Source of the DNA: Anaerohalosphaeraceae bacterium
GTDB taxonomy: Bacteria > Planctomycetota > Phycisphaerae > Sedimentisphaerales > Anaerohalosphaeraceae
Assembly (NCBI GenBank): GCA_029973085.1
Contig: JARKTN010000084.1
Coordinates: 2,226-66,225, forward strand
Length of the DNA stretch: 64,000 nucleotides
Reading direction: 5' to 3'
Positions 1 to 9,535 of the stretch are shown here, in pieces. Under the pieces are notes generated by a model. The model worked only from the letters and a program-made list of their open reading frames with translations, ran no database searches and was not told the DNA's origin. The translations under genes were made by a program, and so were the position numbers. Positions within the stretch are counted from its first letter, which is position 1; every line of letters starts with the position of its first letter.

Positions 1-900
1 AGATTCTAAAATCTCCTCAGCAGTTCCCGGCTGGTGAAATTGAGGGCTGTCAATGTACTCGATTCTGCTTGCGAATAATTCTTTGGCTCGTTGTTGATTG
101 ATGATGCGGTGGATCGAACTGGAACTGAGCCCAAAACGTTCCATCAACTGTCGATATCCGACCTTCTGCTGGTACAATTTGTATAAAGTGGCCCGCTCGC
201 GTGTGTTCAGTCGGCCGAAAGGGCGAACAAATACAGGTTTTTCCGGATAGAGACGATCGTGTTCTTTTATGATCGAGCGAACGGTTTCCCGAGAACGACC
301 AAGGGTTTTAGCCGTTTCACGCAGAACCGGATCGCGGCTTCGGGAGTTGGATTGGCGCACGAGTTTTCGAGCCAGATCTACAACGGCCTTTTTTTCTTCT
401 TCATTCATTTGTGAGAATCGCCCTGCTTTTTGGATGAAATCCGCATTGGCCGCGACAAAGGTCTCTACCGAGGAGGCCGTAAAACCTACACGCTTTCGCC
501 CGTCCGGAAAAAGATATCTTATCCCAACAAGTCCGCGTTTTTGCCAGCGGCGAATAGTTTTGTCGGATACGGAAAATCTCTGGGCCAGTTGGCTGATCGT
601 ATAGACTGGTTCGCTAAGATCAGAAACAGACAGTACCGTTCGGCTTCTGACCTGGGTGACAAATACACGCAAATCACTCAGCAACTCAGCGCCGGGAAGC
701 ATTAAATCCTGCAGACGACCGCTTACCCGTCGTCCGGTCAGGCGAAACACGACAAAATCAAAGGGATATTCCTTTTGCGGGTTCACAAGTATTTGCAGTT
801 TTTCGGCATTGGCCAGAAATTTCTGCTGTTCAGAGCGGGAGGCGGCTTGAAGAGAATCAAAAAACTCCCGTAATACCGGATGTCTAACTTGTATTTGCAT
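1..900 (-). CDS. HTH-domain regulatory protein, 5' portion only (the ORF runs off the left edge). It may be the N-terminal extension of a sigma-70-family sigma factor.
   Basis: Absent from the ORF track because it is edge-truncated. Hand translation of the minus strand starts at ATG 900-898 and gives MQIQVRHPVLREFFDSLQAASRSEQQKFLANAEKLQILVNPQKEYPFDFVVFRLTGRRVSGRLQDLMLPGAELLSDLRVFVTQVRSRTVLSVSDLSEPVYTISQLAQRFSVSDKTIRRWQKRGL... The first ~120 codons (900 to ~541) were checked codon by codon with no stop; the remainder was read by eye and appeared open down to base 1. TISQLAQRFSVSDKTIRRWQKRGL is a MerR/excisionase-type HTH, and a second HTH-like stretch (GLSSSSIHRIINQQ) follows. The sigma-factor idea rests only on my memory of similar N-terminal extensions and is weak. 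Confidence 0.5.
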   Translation of the reverse strand, partial: MQIQVRHPVLREFFDSLQAASRSEQQKFLANAEKLQILVNPQKEYPFDFVVFRLTGRRVSGRLQDLMLPGAELLSDLRVFVTQVRSRTVLSVSDLSEPVYTISQLAQRFSVSDKTIRRWQKRGLVGIRYLFPDGRKRVGFTASSVETFVAANADFIQKAGRFSQMNEEEKKAVVDLARKLVRQSNSRSRDPVLRETAKTLGRSRETVRSIIKEHDRLYPEKPVFVRPFGRLNTRERATLYKLYQQKVGYRQLMERFGLSSSSIHRIINQQRAKELFASRIEYIDSPQFHQPGTAEEILES

Positions 901-1005
901 ACCGTTGATTATCCGGTTTCAGACTGCTGGATGCAAGCAGTTTCCCCCCTTTCAATTTCTGGCCGGACCTGAGTAAAATTGTCACTAAAAAATCGTTTTT
1001 TTTGA

Positions 1006-1034
1006 TTGACCTTTTTTATCATTTTCCTTATAAG
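1006..1034 (+). promoter_or_regulatory. Candidate sigma70-type promoter for the etf operon
   Basis: TTGACC (1006-1011), a 17-nt spacer, then TATAAG (1029-1034). It lies about 40 nt upstream of the ATG at 1076, in an AT-rich divergent intergenic region. Confidence 0.35.
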
Positions 1035-1075
1035 ACTGCTTTTTATCGACTAAGACACAAAACGAACGGGGACTT

Positions 1076-3175
1076 ATGAGCGATTATATTGTACTGGTCA
1101 AGCAGGTACCGGATGTATCTCAGATTACGGACAATGCCTTTGACCCGAACACGGGAAATCTGATTCGCACCCGGCTTCCGAGCGTGATCAACGAACTGGA
1201 TGCCCAAGCCCTGGCCTTTGCCCATTATATGAAAACTCTTTCCGGCGATACGCAGGCCCGGATTATTGCCCTGACGATGGGTCCGCCGATGGCCGCTGAG
1301 GTATTACGGTACAGTTTGTGCCGCTGCGCCGATACGGCCATTCTTCTGACCGATAAGACCTTAGGCGGGGCTGACACGCTGGCCACAGCCAATCCCCTGG
1401 CATGGGCAATCCGAAAGATCGCATCTGAAATATTGAACGGATCCGGAGATTACTATATTCTGGCCGGTATGCAGTCTGTGGACGGCGATACCGCCCAGGT
1501 TCCTGCCCAGGTGGCCGAAGAACTGAACGTCCCCTGTGTGGCCTATGTCACCGGAGTCGATTGGCAGGATAAGCAATTCCAGTTTACACGGATTATCTCC
1601 GGAGGCAGCCAGATAGTTCGCCTTCGCAGTAAGCCGGCTGTGTTGACTGTGGCCAAATATGAGTACCCTCTCTTTGCTTCTTTTGAGGGTACTCGGCGTT
1701 CTGCCCGTATGGAACTGATTCAATGGGGAGCCGACGCAATACGAGCCAAGGCCATTGGCGTATCCGGTTCCAAGACCCGGGTTATCCGCGTCTTTCCGCC
1801 CGGCAAAACGACCCGTCAATGCCAGGAACTTACCTCGGCAGCCCAACTGGCCGAGGTCATCCTGAAAAAATTCAAGGAAGCCAGTGAAAAGACCCATACG
1901 GCGTCCGAGAAGAAAGACGGCTACCTTCTTCCTTCCCGCCGGGCAAGTCGGTTTGATCGCTCTTATGAAGGCACTGTCAAAGAAGCGGCCGACTATAAGA
2001 TTCTGTCTGAGCTGCTCGATGAAATGAAGATTACCGACCCAGCTCAAGTCTCTGAGGAAGCCCAGCAGACAATCCTGAAGGACAAGCGTGCAGATTTCAC
2101 GAAGAAAGCGCTTGAGGACATGCTAGAAGGGTTCAGCCATACAAAGCCCAGCTATCGCGGCGATGTGTGGGTGGTCGCTGAGTATGATGAAAGCGGAATT
2201 CATTCGGCCGTTTTTGAATTGATCGGTAAAGGGCGGGAGTTGGCCGACTCGTTGAATGTTCAGGTCGGGGTAGTCTTGGCGGGCAGGCAAGTGCGTCCTT
2301 TGGCAGATTCTTTGATCGCAGCCGGGGCCGATACCGTCTATTTGATTGAACATCCGCTGCTGGAGTCGTTTGATCCGTTTCCGTGGCGCAAGGCCGTGGC
2401 CGATGTGTTTGAAAAATACAAGCCGCAAATCGTCTTATTTGCCGCTACTCCGCAGGGGCGGGTGCTGGCCCCGATGGTTTCGTACCGAGTCGGTTGCGGT
2501 CTGACGGCCGACTGCACCGGATTGGAGATCCGCGACAGCAGCCGAAAAAACCAGATTGCCGCGTTGTTCCAGACCCGTCCGGCCCTGGGCGGCAATGTCA
2601 TGGCCACCATCTGCACCAAGGATTCAACCTGTCAAATGGCCACTGCCCGTCCTGGCGTTATGAAGCGTCTACCCGACGATTCCGGCCGACGGGGACAAAT
2701 CATCCCTCATACGGTGACTCTGGATGCATCGGATCTGACCCTGGAGATTCTGAGCGTTGAAAAGGGCCATGGCCAGGTGAAATTTGACAGCGACTGCATC
2801 GTCAGCGGCGGCAAAGGGATGCAGAACAAAGACGCCTATCTGCGTTTATTGAAAACATTGGCCGAGACAATCGGCAACCAGCTGAACATCACCGTAGAAC
2901 AGGGCGCTTCCCGAGCGGCCGTTGAACAGGGCTTTACGGATCGAATTCACCAGGTCGGCCAGACCGGTACGGCCGTCGGGCCCAAGCTCTATATCGCCGT
3001 CGGCATCTCCGGCGCTATTCAGCATATGATCGGCATAGCCAATACTGAAACCATCATCGCTATCAATACCGATCCGCATGCTCCAATCTTTAAACAATGT
3101 GACTATTATCTCATCGGCAGTGCGGAAAATGTTATTCCACAGGTCGTTGAAGCGCTTAAGGCAGGCACACTATGA
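1076..3175 (+). CDS. Electron transfer flavoprotein with beta and alpha subunits fused in one polypeptide (EtfB-EtfA)
   Basis: The N-terminus MSDYIVLVKQVPDVSQITDNAFDP...GMQSVDGDTAQVPAQVAEELNVP is EtfB-like. The C-terminus ...LTADCTGLEI...PKLYIAVGISGAIQHMIGIANTETIIAINTDPHAPIF is EtfA-like. A charged linker of roughly 90 aa joins the two halves. Confidence 0.85.
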   Translation: MSDYIVLVKQVPDVSQITDNAFDPNTGNLIRTRLPSVINELDAQALAFAHYMKTLSGDTQARIIALTMGPPMAAEVLRYSLCRCADTAILLTDKTLGGADTLATANPLAWAIRKIASEILNGSGDYYILAGMQSVDGDTAQVPAQVAEELNVPCVAYVTGVDWQDKQFQFTRIISGGSQIVRLRSKPAVLTVAKYEYPLFASFEGTRRSARMELIQWGADAIRAKAIGVSGSKTRVIRVFPPGKTTRQCQELTSAAQLAEVILKKFKEASEKTHTASEKKDGYLLPSRRASRFDRSYEGTVKEAADYKILSELLDEMKITDPAQVSEEAQQTILKDKRADFTKKALEDMLEGFSHTKPSYRGDVWVVAEYDESGIHSAVFELIGKGRELADSLNVQVGVVLAGRQVRPLADSLIAAGADTVYLIEHPLLESFDPFPWRKAVADVFEKYKPQIVLFAATPQGRVLAPMVSYRVGCGLTADCTGLEIRDSSRKNQIAALFQTRPALGGNVMATICTKDSTCQMATARPGVMKRLPDDSGRRGQIIPHTVTLDASDLTLEILSVEKGHGQVKFDSDCIVSGGKGMQNKDAYLRLLKTLAETIGNQLNITVEQGASRAAVEQGFTDRIHQVGQTGTAVGPKLYIAVGISGAIQHMIGIANTETIIAINTDPHAPIFKQCDYYLIGSAENVIPQVVEALKAGTL

Positions 3176-4839
3176 CAACTCAGCAGATCAATCACGTTTC
3201 TGTTTTGATTATCGGGGCCGGCCCGGCTGGTTTGTCGGCCGCCATCTCACTGAAACATCAACGGCCCGATCTGGAGGTTGTTGTCCTTGACAAGGCCTCC
3301 GGGGCCGGCCATCACAATCTGTCCGGCGCTGTTGTTGAACCGGCGGCCCTGGCGCGGCTGCTGGATCCGGTGGATCCGAACTGGAAGACAAGCGAGCAGG
3401 CCAAAAAGGTTTTTCTGGACAAAGTAAGCCGGGATGATGTGATGTTTTTCTTAGGTAGCCGCCTTTCCTTTAAGATCCTGCCTGCTTTGACGATTGCCAA
3501 AGCCCTTGGCCTTGGCATAGGTCAAATGGGCCACAAAGGGGACTATATCTGTTCCATCAGTCAACTGACCAGCTGGTTGTATGAGATTGCCAAAGGGCTT
3601 GGCGCAGAGATTTTGCACGGCTTTGCCGCCGGAGAAATACTTTGGGACCAGGATGCGCATATCGCCCGGGGAGTCAAACTGGTCGATCAGGGCATCGATA
3701 AAGAAGGCCATAAACAGCCCAATTATCTGCCCGGAGAAATCATCACCGCCGATGCTCTCCTCATTGCCGAGGGCTGCGACGGACAATTATGCGAACAGTT
3801 TATCTGCAAGGCCGATCTGAGTCGACAAGGGCATCAGCTCTACTCTATAGGCGTCAAAGAGCTTTTCAGGGTCTCCGACAAACAGTATGAGCAATTCGGC
3901 TCCGGCCGGGTTGTTCACGCCATGGGCTGGCCGTTGTGGACTCCGGTTCTTGGTCCGGCGATGTTCGGCGGCGGCATCATGTATCCGATGGGCAATAATC
4001 AGATTGCCGTTGGGATGATCGTCGGTTTGGATTACAAGTACTTTGACTTCAATCCTCAGGATGCTCTCACCCGGTTCAAGCAGCATCGGTGGGTTCGCCG
4101 TTTCATTGAAGGCGGCAAAGTCGTCGAGGCCGGAGCCAAGATGATTCCAGAGGGCGGCTTTTATGCCCTGCCTCGCTGCCGGCAGACCGGCACGATTGGT
4201 CGAAGCAATGTCTGCCTGCTGGGCGACAGCGCCGGGCTGGTCAATATGCACAAGATCAAGGGCATTCACAACGCCATCGAATCCGGTTTGGCCGCTGCAG
4301 CGGCGGTTGCGGGCAATCTGGACGCCCCTCAAGGCATCGCGCGCGTCTATACCCGCCTGCTCGAAGAGGCCGGGGTACTTAAAGAAATGGCCTCGGCCAA
4401 AAACTTCCGCCAGACCGTCGCCAAATTCGGTCCGCTTCAGGGTATGCCTCTGTCGATCCTCGGCGGGCTGCTGCCTCAATTTCATATAGAACCCGATTAC
4501 AAAGAAATGACCCGTCAGCGTTATCGCCTAAAACCTTCGATTCGATTTGACAAAGATACTTTTACGGCACTTGCCTGTACGGAGCATAGGGAAGAACAGC
4601 CCAGCCATCTGACGATTCTTGACTCGGCTGTCTGCCGTCAGAAGTGTACCCCTGTCTTTCATTCGCCCTGCATTACCTATTGCCCTGCCGGGGTTTATGA
4701 ATGCATCCATGAGGTAGTCAAGCCGGCCAACCCATCCAACTGTCTTCACTGCAAAACCTGCCAGCGAAAATGCCCCTTTGACAACATCCGATGGACCTGC
4801 CCGGAACCCAATGGCGGGCCCAAATACAAAACCATGTAA
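3172..4839 (+). CDS. Electron transfer flavoprotein-quinone oxidoreductase (ETF-QO type, with a C-terminal 4Fe-4S domain)
   Basis: FAD dinucleotide fold VLIIGAGPAGLSAA. The C-terminus CPAGVYE...NCLHCKTCQRKCPFDNIRWTCPEPNGGPKY is typical of ETF-QO. An ATGA start/stop overlap with the etf fusion (3172-3175) links the two genes. Confidence 0.85.
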   Translation: MTTQQINHVSVLIIGAGPAGLSAAISLKHQRPDLEVVVLDKASGAGHHNLSGAVVEPAALARLLDPVDPNWKTSEQAKKVFLDKVSRDDVMFFLGSRLSFKILPALTIAKALGLGIGQMGHKGDYICSISQLTSWLYEIAKGLGAEILHGFAAGEILWDQDAHIARGVKLVDQGIDKEGHKQPNYLPGEIITADALLIAEGCDGQLCEQFICKADLSRQGHQLYSIGVKELFRVSDKQYEQFGSGRVVHAMGWPLWTPVLGPAMFGGGIMYPMGNNQIAVGMIVGLDYKYFDFNPQDALTRFKQHRWVRRFIEGGKVVEAGAKMIPEGGFYALPRCRQTGTIGRSNVCLLGDSAGLVNMHKIKGIHNAIESGLAAAAAVAGNLDAPQGIARVYTRLLEEAGVLKEMASAKNFRQTVAKFGPLQGMPLSILGGLLPQFHIEPDYKEMTRQRYRLKPSIRFDKDTFTALACTEHREEQPSHLTILDSAVCRQKCTPVFHSPCITYCPAGVYECIHEVVKPANPSNCLHCKTCQRKCPFDNIRWTCPEPNGGPKYKTM

Positions 4840-4853
4840 TAGCACCTGAAACG

Positions 4854-6113
4854 ATGAAAAATCGATGGTTAATTGCCCTGTCGGCTGTCGGCATCCACAT
4901 TTCAATCGGCTCAGTTTATGCCTGGAGCGTAGTAATCAATCCGTTAATCAGTAATTTCGGATGGGAACGATGGCAGATTTCTCTTGCATTCAGTATTGCC
5001 ATTTTCTTTTTGGGAATTTCCGCCGCCTTCTTCGGCCATTTTGTTGAAACCCGCGGACCCCGGACTTCAGGCACCCTTTCGGCGCTATGTTTCGGATTGG
5101 GCGTAAGCGGAGCCGGACTGGCCATTCTGCTAAAAAATTTGATCCTTCTGTATGTTTTTTACGGCGTTCTGGGAGGGATCGGGCTCGGAATCGGCTATAT
5201 TGCGCCTGTTTCCACACTGATTAAATGGTTTCCTGACAAGCGGGGGCTGGCTACCGGGATGGCTGTTATGGGTTTTGGATTTGCAGCGCTGATCAGCAGT
5301 CCGGTGATGCAGTGGCTCATTCAAAATGTCGGCATTGGCGCCATGTTTTTTATTTTGGGGCCTATCTATCTGACCGTCATTTTCTGCTCGGCTCAGTATC
5401 TTTCCCCGCCGCCGTCGGAGTGGGCGCCTGCGGGATTTCGTAAAAATATCGCCTCGGGCAAAACAAAATCTCAAGAAGATCTGGCGATGCTTACCGCTAA
5501 TGAAGCCATAAAAACCCTGCGTTTTTACTATCTGTGGCTCATGCTGTTCATCAATATAACCTGCGGCATTGCCCTGCTTTCAGTGGCCTCTCCGCTGGCT
5601 CAGGAAGCGACCGGAATGACTGCCATGGCCGCAGCGGCCATGGTCGGATTTATGGGATTGTTCAATGGGCTGGGACGTATCGGCTGGTCCGGTTTATCCG
5701 ATCACCTGGGGCGACCTACTGTGTGGACAACATTTTTCATCCTCGAAATTGCCGCTTTTTTTCTGATCCCCCATATCGCCAGTAAAGGGATATTCCAAAT
5801 CCTCATTTTTTTGATTATCACCTGTTATGGAGGAGCTTTTGCTTCTGCGCCGGCCTACATCAGCGATCTTTTCGGCACTCGGCAGGTTTCGGCAATTCTC
5901 GGCTATCTCCTTACGGCTTGGGCCGTTGCCGGCATCGTCGGCCCTTTATTAGTTTCCTGGGTGCGCGATACAACCGGCAGCTATACAAAAACCCTGTACC
6001 TCTTCGGCAGTCTGTTTATCGTCGCACTAATTCTTTCACTCCTGATGATTTTGAATATCCGACAGCACCGATCCAGGCGAATTGAGATTCCTCAAACGGA
6101 ACCAACCCTGTAA
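4854..6113 (+). CDS. MFS transporter, oxalate/formate-antiporter-like (OFA) family
   Basis: About 12 hydrophobic segments. The N-terminus MKNRWLIALSAVGIHISIGSVYAWSV is typical of OFA-type MFS proteins. I chose the ATG at 4854 over the track start at 4791, which overlaps the ETF-QO C-terminus. Confidence 0.75.
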   Translation: MKNRWLIALSAVGIHISIGSVYAWSVVINPLISNFGWERWQISLAFSIAIFFLGISAAFFGHFVETRGPRTSGTLSALCFGLGVSGAGLAILLKNLILLYVFYGVLGGIGLGIGYIAPVSTLIKWFPDKRGLATGMAVMGFGFAALISSPVMQWLIQNVGIGAMFFILGPIYLTVIFCSAQYLSPPPSEWAPAGFRKNIASGKTKSQEDLAMLTANEAIKTLRFYYLWLMLFINITCGIALLSVASPLAQEATGMTAMAAAAMVGFMGLFNGLGRIGWSGLSDHLGRPTVWTTFFILEIAAFFLIPHIASKGIFQILIFLIITCYGGAFASAPAYISDLFGTRQVSAILGYLLTAWAVAGIVGPLLVSWVRDTTGSYTKTLYLFGSLFIVALILSLLMILNIRQHRSRRIEIPQTEPTL

Positions 6114-6187
6114 ACAGATAATTGAATCCTATCCTCTGACTTTCTGGAACCAAATCGACAAATCAAAACAGAGCAGCAGAGGATTTT

Positions 6188-6730
6188 CTATGGCCAGAAT
6201 GCTGCAATGGCGACGGTAAACCAGATCAGCACGGCCATGAATACCTTAAACAAAGTTCCCAAAAGAGCCCCTGTACCAGCCCCCAGCCCTGATCGAAGCG
6301 ATTGATCCGCTTGTTTTCCCCTCAACCGCTCAACCAGCCACACCCCAAGACCGGCTCCAATACATCCGCCCATTAGCGTCCCCAAAAATAAAATCGGAAT
6401 CAGAAATGTCCCCAAACAAGCGCCAATCATCGCTCCGCCGATGGCTGCAAGAGACGCCAGCCAACCCGCCCCTGCCTTTCTGGCTCCGCCAAAACCGGCT
6501 GCAAACTCGACAACCTCGCCGGCCAGTGCAAAAATCGCGATAGCCGCCAGCGTCCATGGCGAAAATACGCCGCGCTGCCACTGCCACCATGCAAAGGCAG
6601 TCGTTGTAAGTACCATCAGCCAGTTGCCCGGCAGATAGAAAAACACCATCGCCAGCCAACAGGCATTAAGCAGAACAAGCAGAACAAGATATACGTAAAT
6701 CAGATCGAACACCTTGACCTTTCGCGTCAA
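6188..6730 (-). CDS. Small integral membrane protein, DUF456-like
   Basis: Four or five hydrophobic helices. The Gly-rich stretch FGGARKAGAGWLASLAAIGGAMIGACLGTF resembles DUF456 proteins as I remember them. Confidence 0.5.
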   Translation of the reverse strand: MTRKVKVFDLIYVYLVLLVLLNACWLAMVFFYLPGNWLMVLTTTAFAWWQWQRGVFSPWTLAAIAIFALAGEVVEFAAGFGGARKAGAGWLASLAAIGGAMIGACLGTFLIPILFLGTLMGGCIGAGLGVWLVERLRGKQADQSLRSGLGAGTGALLGTLFKVFMAVLIWFTVAIAAFWP

Positions 6731-6796
6731 TACAGGTACACTTATCTCTATAAAATCCTATGAAAATGGACGTCAAAAAACAATAAAATTACCTCT

Positions 6797-7669
6797 ATGG
6801 ATCTGTCTCAATTCAGCCGGCCCGTTCAAATGCTGTGGAAAAACTTGTCTTCCTGCACGCTTTGCCCGCGTCAATGAGGAGTGAACCGTCTGAAAGGCCA
6901 AAACGGCTATTGCGGCGCGGAGGCCCAGCCGATCATCAGTTCCTTCGGTCCGCATTTCGGCGAAGAAAGCGTCCTGGTCGGCCGCGGCGGATCAGGCACA
7001 GTCTTTTTCACCGGTTGTAATCTTCGCTGTATATATTGCCAGAACTATGATATCAGCTGGAATCGGCGGGGCGAAGAAATCTCTATCGTAGATCTGTCAA
7101 AGATTTTTTTGCATCTTCAAGAGGCCGGCTGCATTAATATCAGCCTGGTGACGCCTACCCATCAGATCGCCGCCATCGCCGCTGCCCTCGAAACGGCAAA
7201 AAAAGACGGTTTGTCTGTGCCTGTTGTTTATAATACCGGCGGGTACGACAGTCTTCAAACGCTTCGACTTCTGGACGGCTTAGTCGATATCTACATGCCG
7301 GATATGAAATATGCCGACGCCAATATAGCCGCTCGCCTCTCTGATGCAACAGACTACCCACAAGTCAATCAGGCAGCGGTACTGGAGATGCACCGACAGG
7401 TCGGCGATTTGCAGATTGTAAACGGCGTTGCAACCAGAGGCCTGCTGATCCGGCATCTCGTGCTGCCGGCCGATCTGGCCGGCAGCGAGCAGATTTTTGA
7501 TTTTCTGGCCCGGCAGGTTTCTGCACGAACAGCCATCCATGTGATGGATCAGTATCGCCCCTGCTTCCAGGTCGACGGGGATACTGATCTTAATCGACAA
7601 ATTTCTTCCGAAGAATGGATCCGAGCCGTGTCGCTTGCTAAGGCAAAAGGGCTTTTTTTAGTCAAATAA
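6797..7669 (+). CDS. Radical SAM enzyme, PflX-like (COG1313 type), drawn with an upstream extension through an in-frame TGA at 6875-6877 (possible Sec)
   Basis: The core ORF 6881-7669 contains GCNLRCIYCQNYD (CxxxCxxC radical SAM cluster). The same frame is open upstream and reads MDLSQFSRPVQMLWKNLSSCTLCPRQ-TGA-GVNRLKGQNGYCG. See the findings. The core is confident; the extension is tentative. Confidence 0.6.
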
Positions 7670-7841
7670 AACTAATTTTACGCAAATAAAACTTCAATAT
7701 TGCGCAAATTTCTCAATTTGAAGGACAAGCATCTTTTTTTTTAATTCTGTATTTGCGATAATAAAGGTAAGATTATTAGGGGTAGTTGGATCCCCTCCAA
7801 ATGATTTCATTAGGAAAATAGCAACTATACGAGGAGATGGT

Positions 7842-9389
7842 ATGAGACCGCGGTTTGCTGCATTTCTATTGTTTTGTCTTGGTTCGACGTGCACTTGGGC
7901 CATTCCCGCATTTCCAGGCGCTGAAGGATTTGGAGCTGCGGCCACCGGCGGCCGTGGCGGAGCCGTCTATTTTGTTACCAATCTTAATGACTCCGGACCC
8001 GGATCTTTGCGGGATGCGCTCAATCACAATACCCCCCGCACAATTATCTTTCGGGTATCTGGAACCATCCATTTGACTTCCCCTCTGAAAATTAAATATC
8101 CAAATGTGACGATTGCCGGTCAGACGGCGCCTGGCGATGGGATCTGTATCGCCAACGGCACACTATATGCCGGCTATGATAACGTGATCATCCGTTATAT
8201 TCGATGCCGGTTGGGCGACTGCTGGCCTGACGGCACTGAGAATGACGACGCGGACGCCACATGGGGTCGTTACGGAAATACAATCATCCTGGACCACGTG
8301 ACGGCCAGCTGGTCGATCGATGAGGCGTTTTCCTATTACGTCAATACCAACTTCACGGCTCAGTGGTGCCTGATCTCCGAAAGTCTCCGCTATTCCCATC
8401 ATGAAAAAGGTCCGCATGGCTACGGCGGCATCTGGGGCGGAACCAACAGTTCCTGGCATCACAATCTTCTGGCCCATCACAGCTCGCGAACGCCCCGCAT
8501 TGAAGGGGATGTGGTCAATAATGTGGATTTGCGCAATAATGTTATCTACAACTGGGTCTTCAACAGCTGCTATGGAGGCGAGAAAGCTACCGTCAATATC
8601 GTCAACTGTTATTACAAATACGGCCCGGCAACCCAATCCCAAAAACGGTACAGAATCGTCAATCCGAGTTCATGGATGGATGAATTAGGTACTGTAAAAT
8701 ACGGGCTATGGTATATTGACGGAAATTATGTCCATGGCAGCGCTGCCGTGACTCAGAATAACTGGCTTGGAGTCAACCCGGACAACGGCGACGGAGATCG
8801 GTATCTCTGCCGATCTGAGGTTCCCTTCCCTGTTGCTGAAACTTATCCGGTAACGACACAAACAGCGCAGGAGGCCTATCTTTCGGTTCTGGATGATGTC
8901 GGATGCAGTTTGATTCGGGACTCGGTGGATACCCGCATCATTCAGGAGGTCAGAACCGGCACTGCTACATACGGCGGCCAGACCGGAGCCGGCTCAGGAA
9001 TTATTGACAGTCAGATAACTGTCGGCGGTTGGCCCGCGCTTCAATCTCTGCCCGCTCTGGAAGATTCGGATAATGACGGAATGCCCGATGCATGGGAAAT
9101 ATCCAGAGGGCTGAATCTTTATAATGCCGCCGACCGAAACTATGATCGCGACGGCGACGGCTATACCAATCTGGAAGAATACCTCAACTGGCTGGTGACG
9201 CCGGCCGCGCGGGCCGATATGGAACGCGACTGTATTATTGATATGAAGGATTTTGCCGTCTTGGCAGCGGCCTGGGGCGCTCAGCCGGGCGATTCGAACT
9301 GGAATCCATATTGCGATATCGCCCGCCCTGCCGACTCCGTTATCGATCTATTGGATCTGATGGTTTTGGTAGAAAACTGGCTTGAGTGA
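7842..9389 (+). CDS. Secreted pectate lyase with C-terminal Ca-binding (TSP3-like) and dockerin-like modules
   Basis: Signal peptide MRPRFAAFLLFCLGSTCTWA. AFPGAEGFGAAATGGRGGAVYFVTNLNDSGPGSLRDAL is a typical pectate lyase N-terminus. DSDNDGMPDAWE...DRDGDGYTNLEEY are Asp-rich Ca-binding repeats. The C-terminal DFAVLAAAWG...VIDLLDLMVLVENW is dockerin-like. Confidence 0.75.
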   Translation: MRPRFAAFLLFCLGSTCTWAIPAFPGAEGFGAAATGGRGGAVYFVTNLNDSGPGSLRDALNHNTPRTIIFRVSGTIHLTSPLKIKYPNVTIAGQTAPGDGICIANGTLYAGYDNVIIRYIRCRLGDCWPDGTENDDADATWGRYGNTIILDHVTASWSIDEAFSYYVNTNFTAQWCLISESLRYSHHEKGPHGYGGIWGGTNSSWHHNLLAHHSSRTPRIEGDVVNNVDLRNNVIYNWVFNSCYGGEKATVNIVNCYYKYGPATQSQKRYRIVNPSSWMDELGTVKYGLWYIDGNYVHGSAAVTQNNWLGVNPDNGDGDRYLCRSEVPFPVAETYPVTTQTAQEAYLSVLDDVGCSLIRDSVDTRIIQEVRTGTATYGGQTGAGSGIIDSQITVGGWPALQSLPALEDSDNDGMPDAWEISRGLNLYNAADRNYDRDGDGYTNLEEYLNWLVTPAARADMERDCIIDMKDFAVLAAAWGAQPGDSNWNPYCDIARPADSVIDLLDLMVLVENWLE

Positions 9390-9535
9390 TCTAAATCTTA
9401 TATTTTTACAATCGGCCCGGAAGATTAAGAATGAGAAATCGGATTCTGCACATATACTCCGTTTGACAGGGATCTGTCTGGCGGTTTTATAAAGCAACCT
9501 TCAATACAATTTTCAGTTTCATGCGATTTTATCCT

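Noticed and set aside
4791-4853. Longer start for the MFS transporter (track start 4791)
   Set aside because: It would overlap the conserved C-terminus of ETF-QO by 49 nt and add a non-hydrophobic 21-aa extension. The ATG at 4854 gives the typical OFA-family N-terminus.
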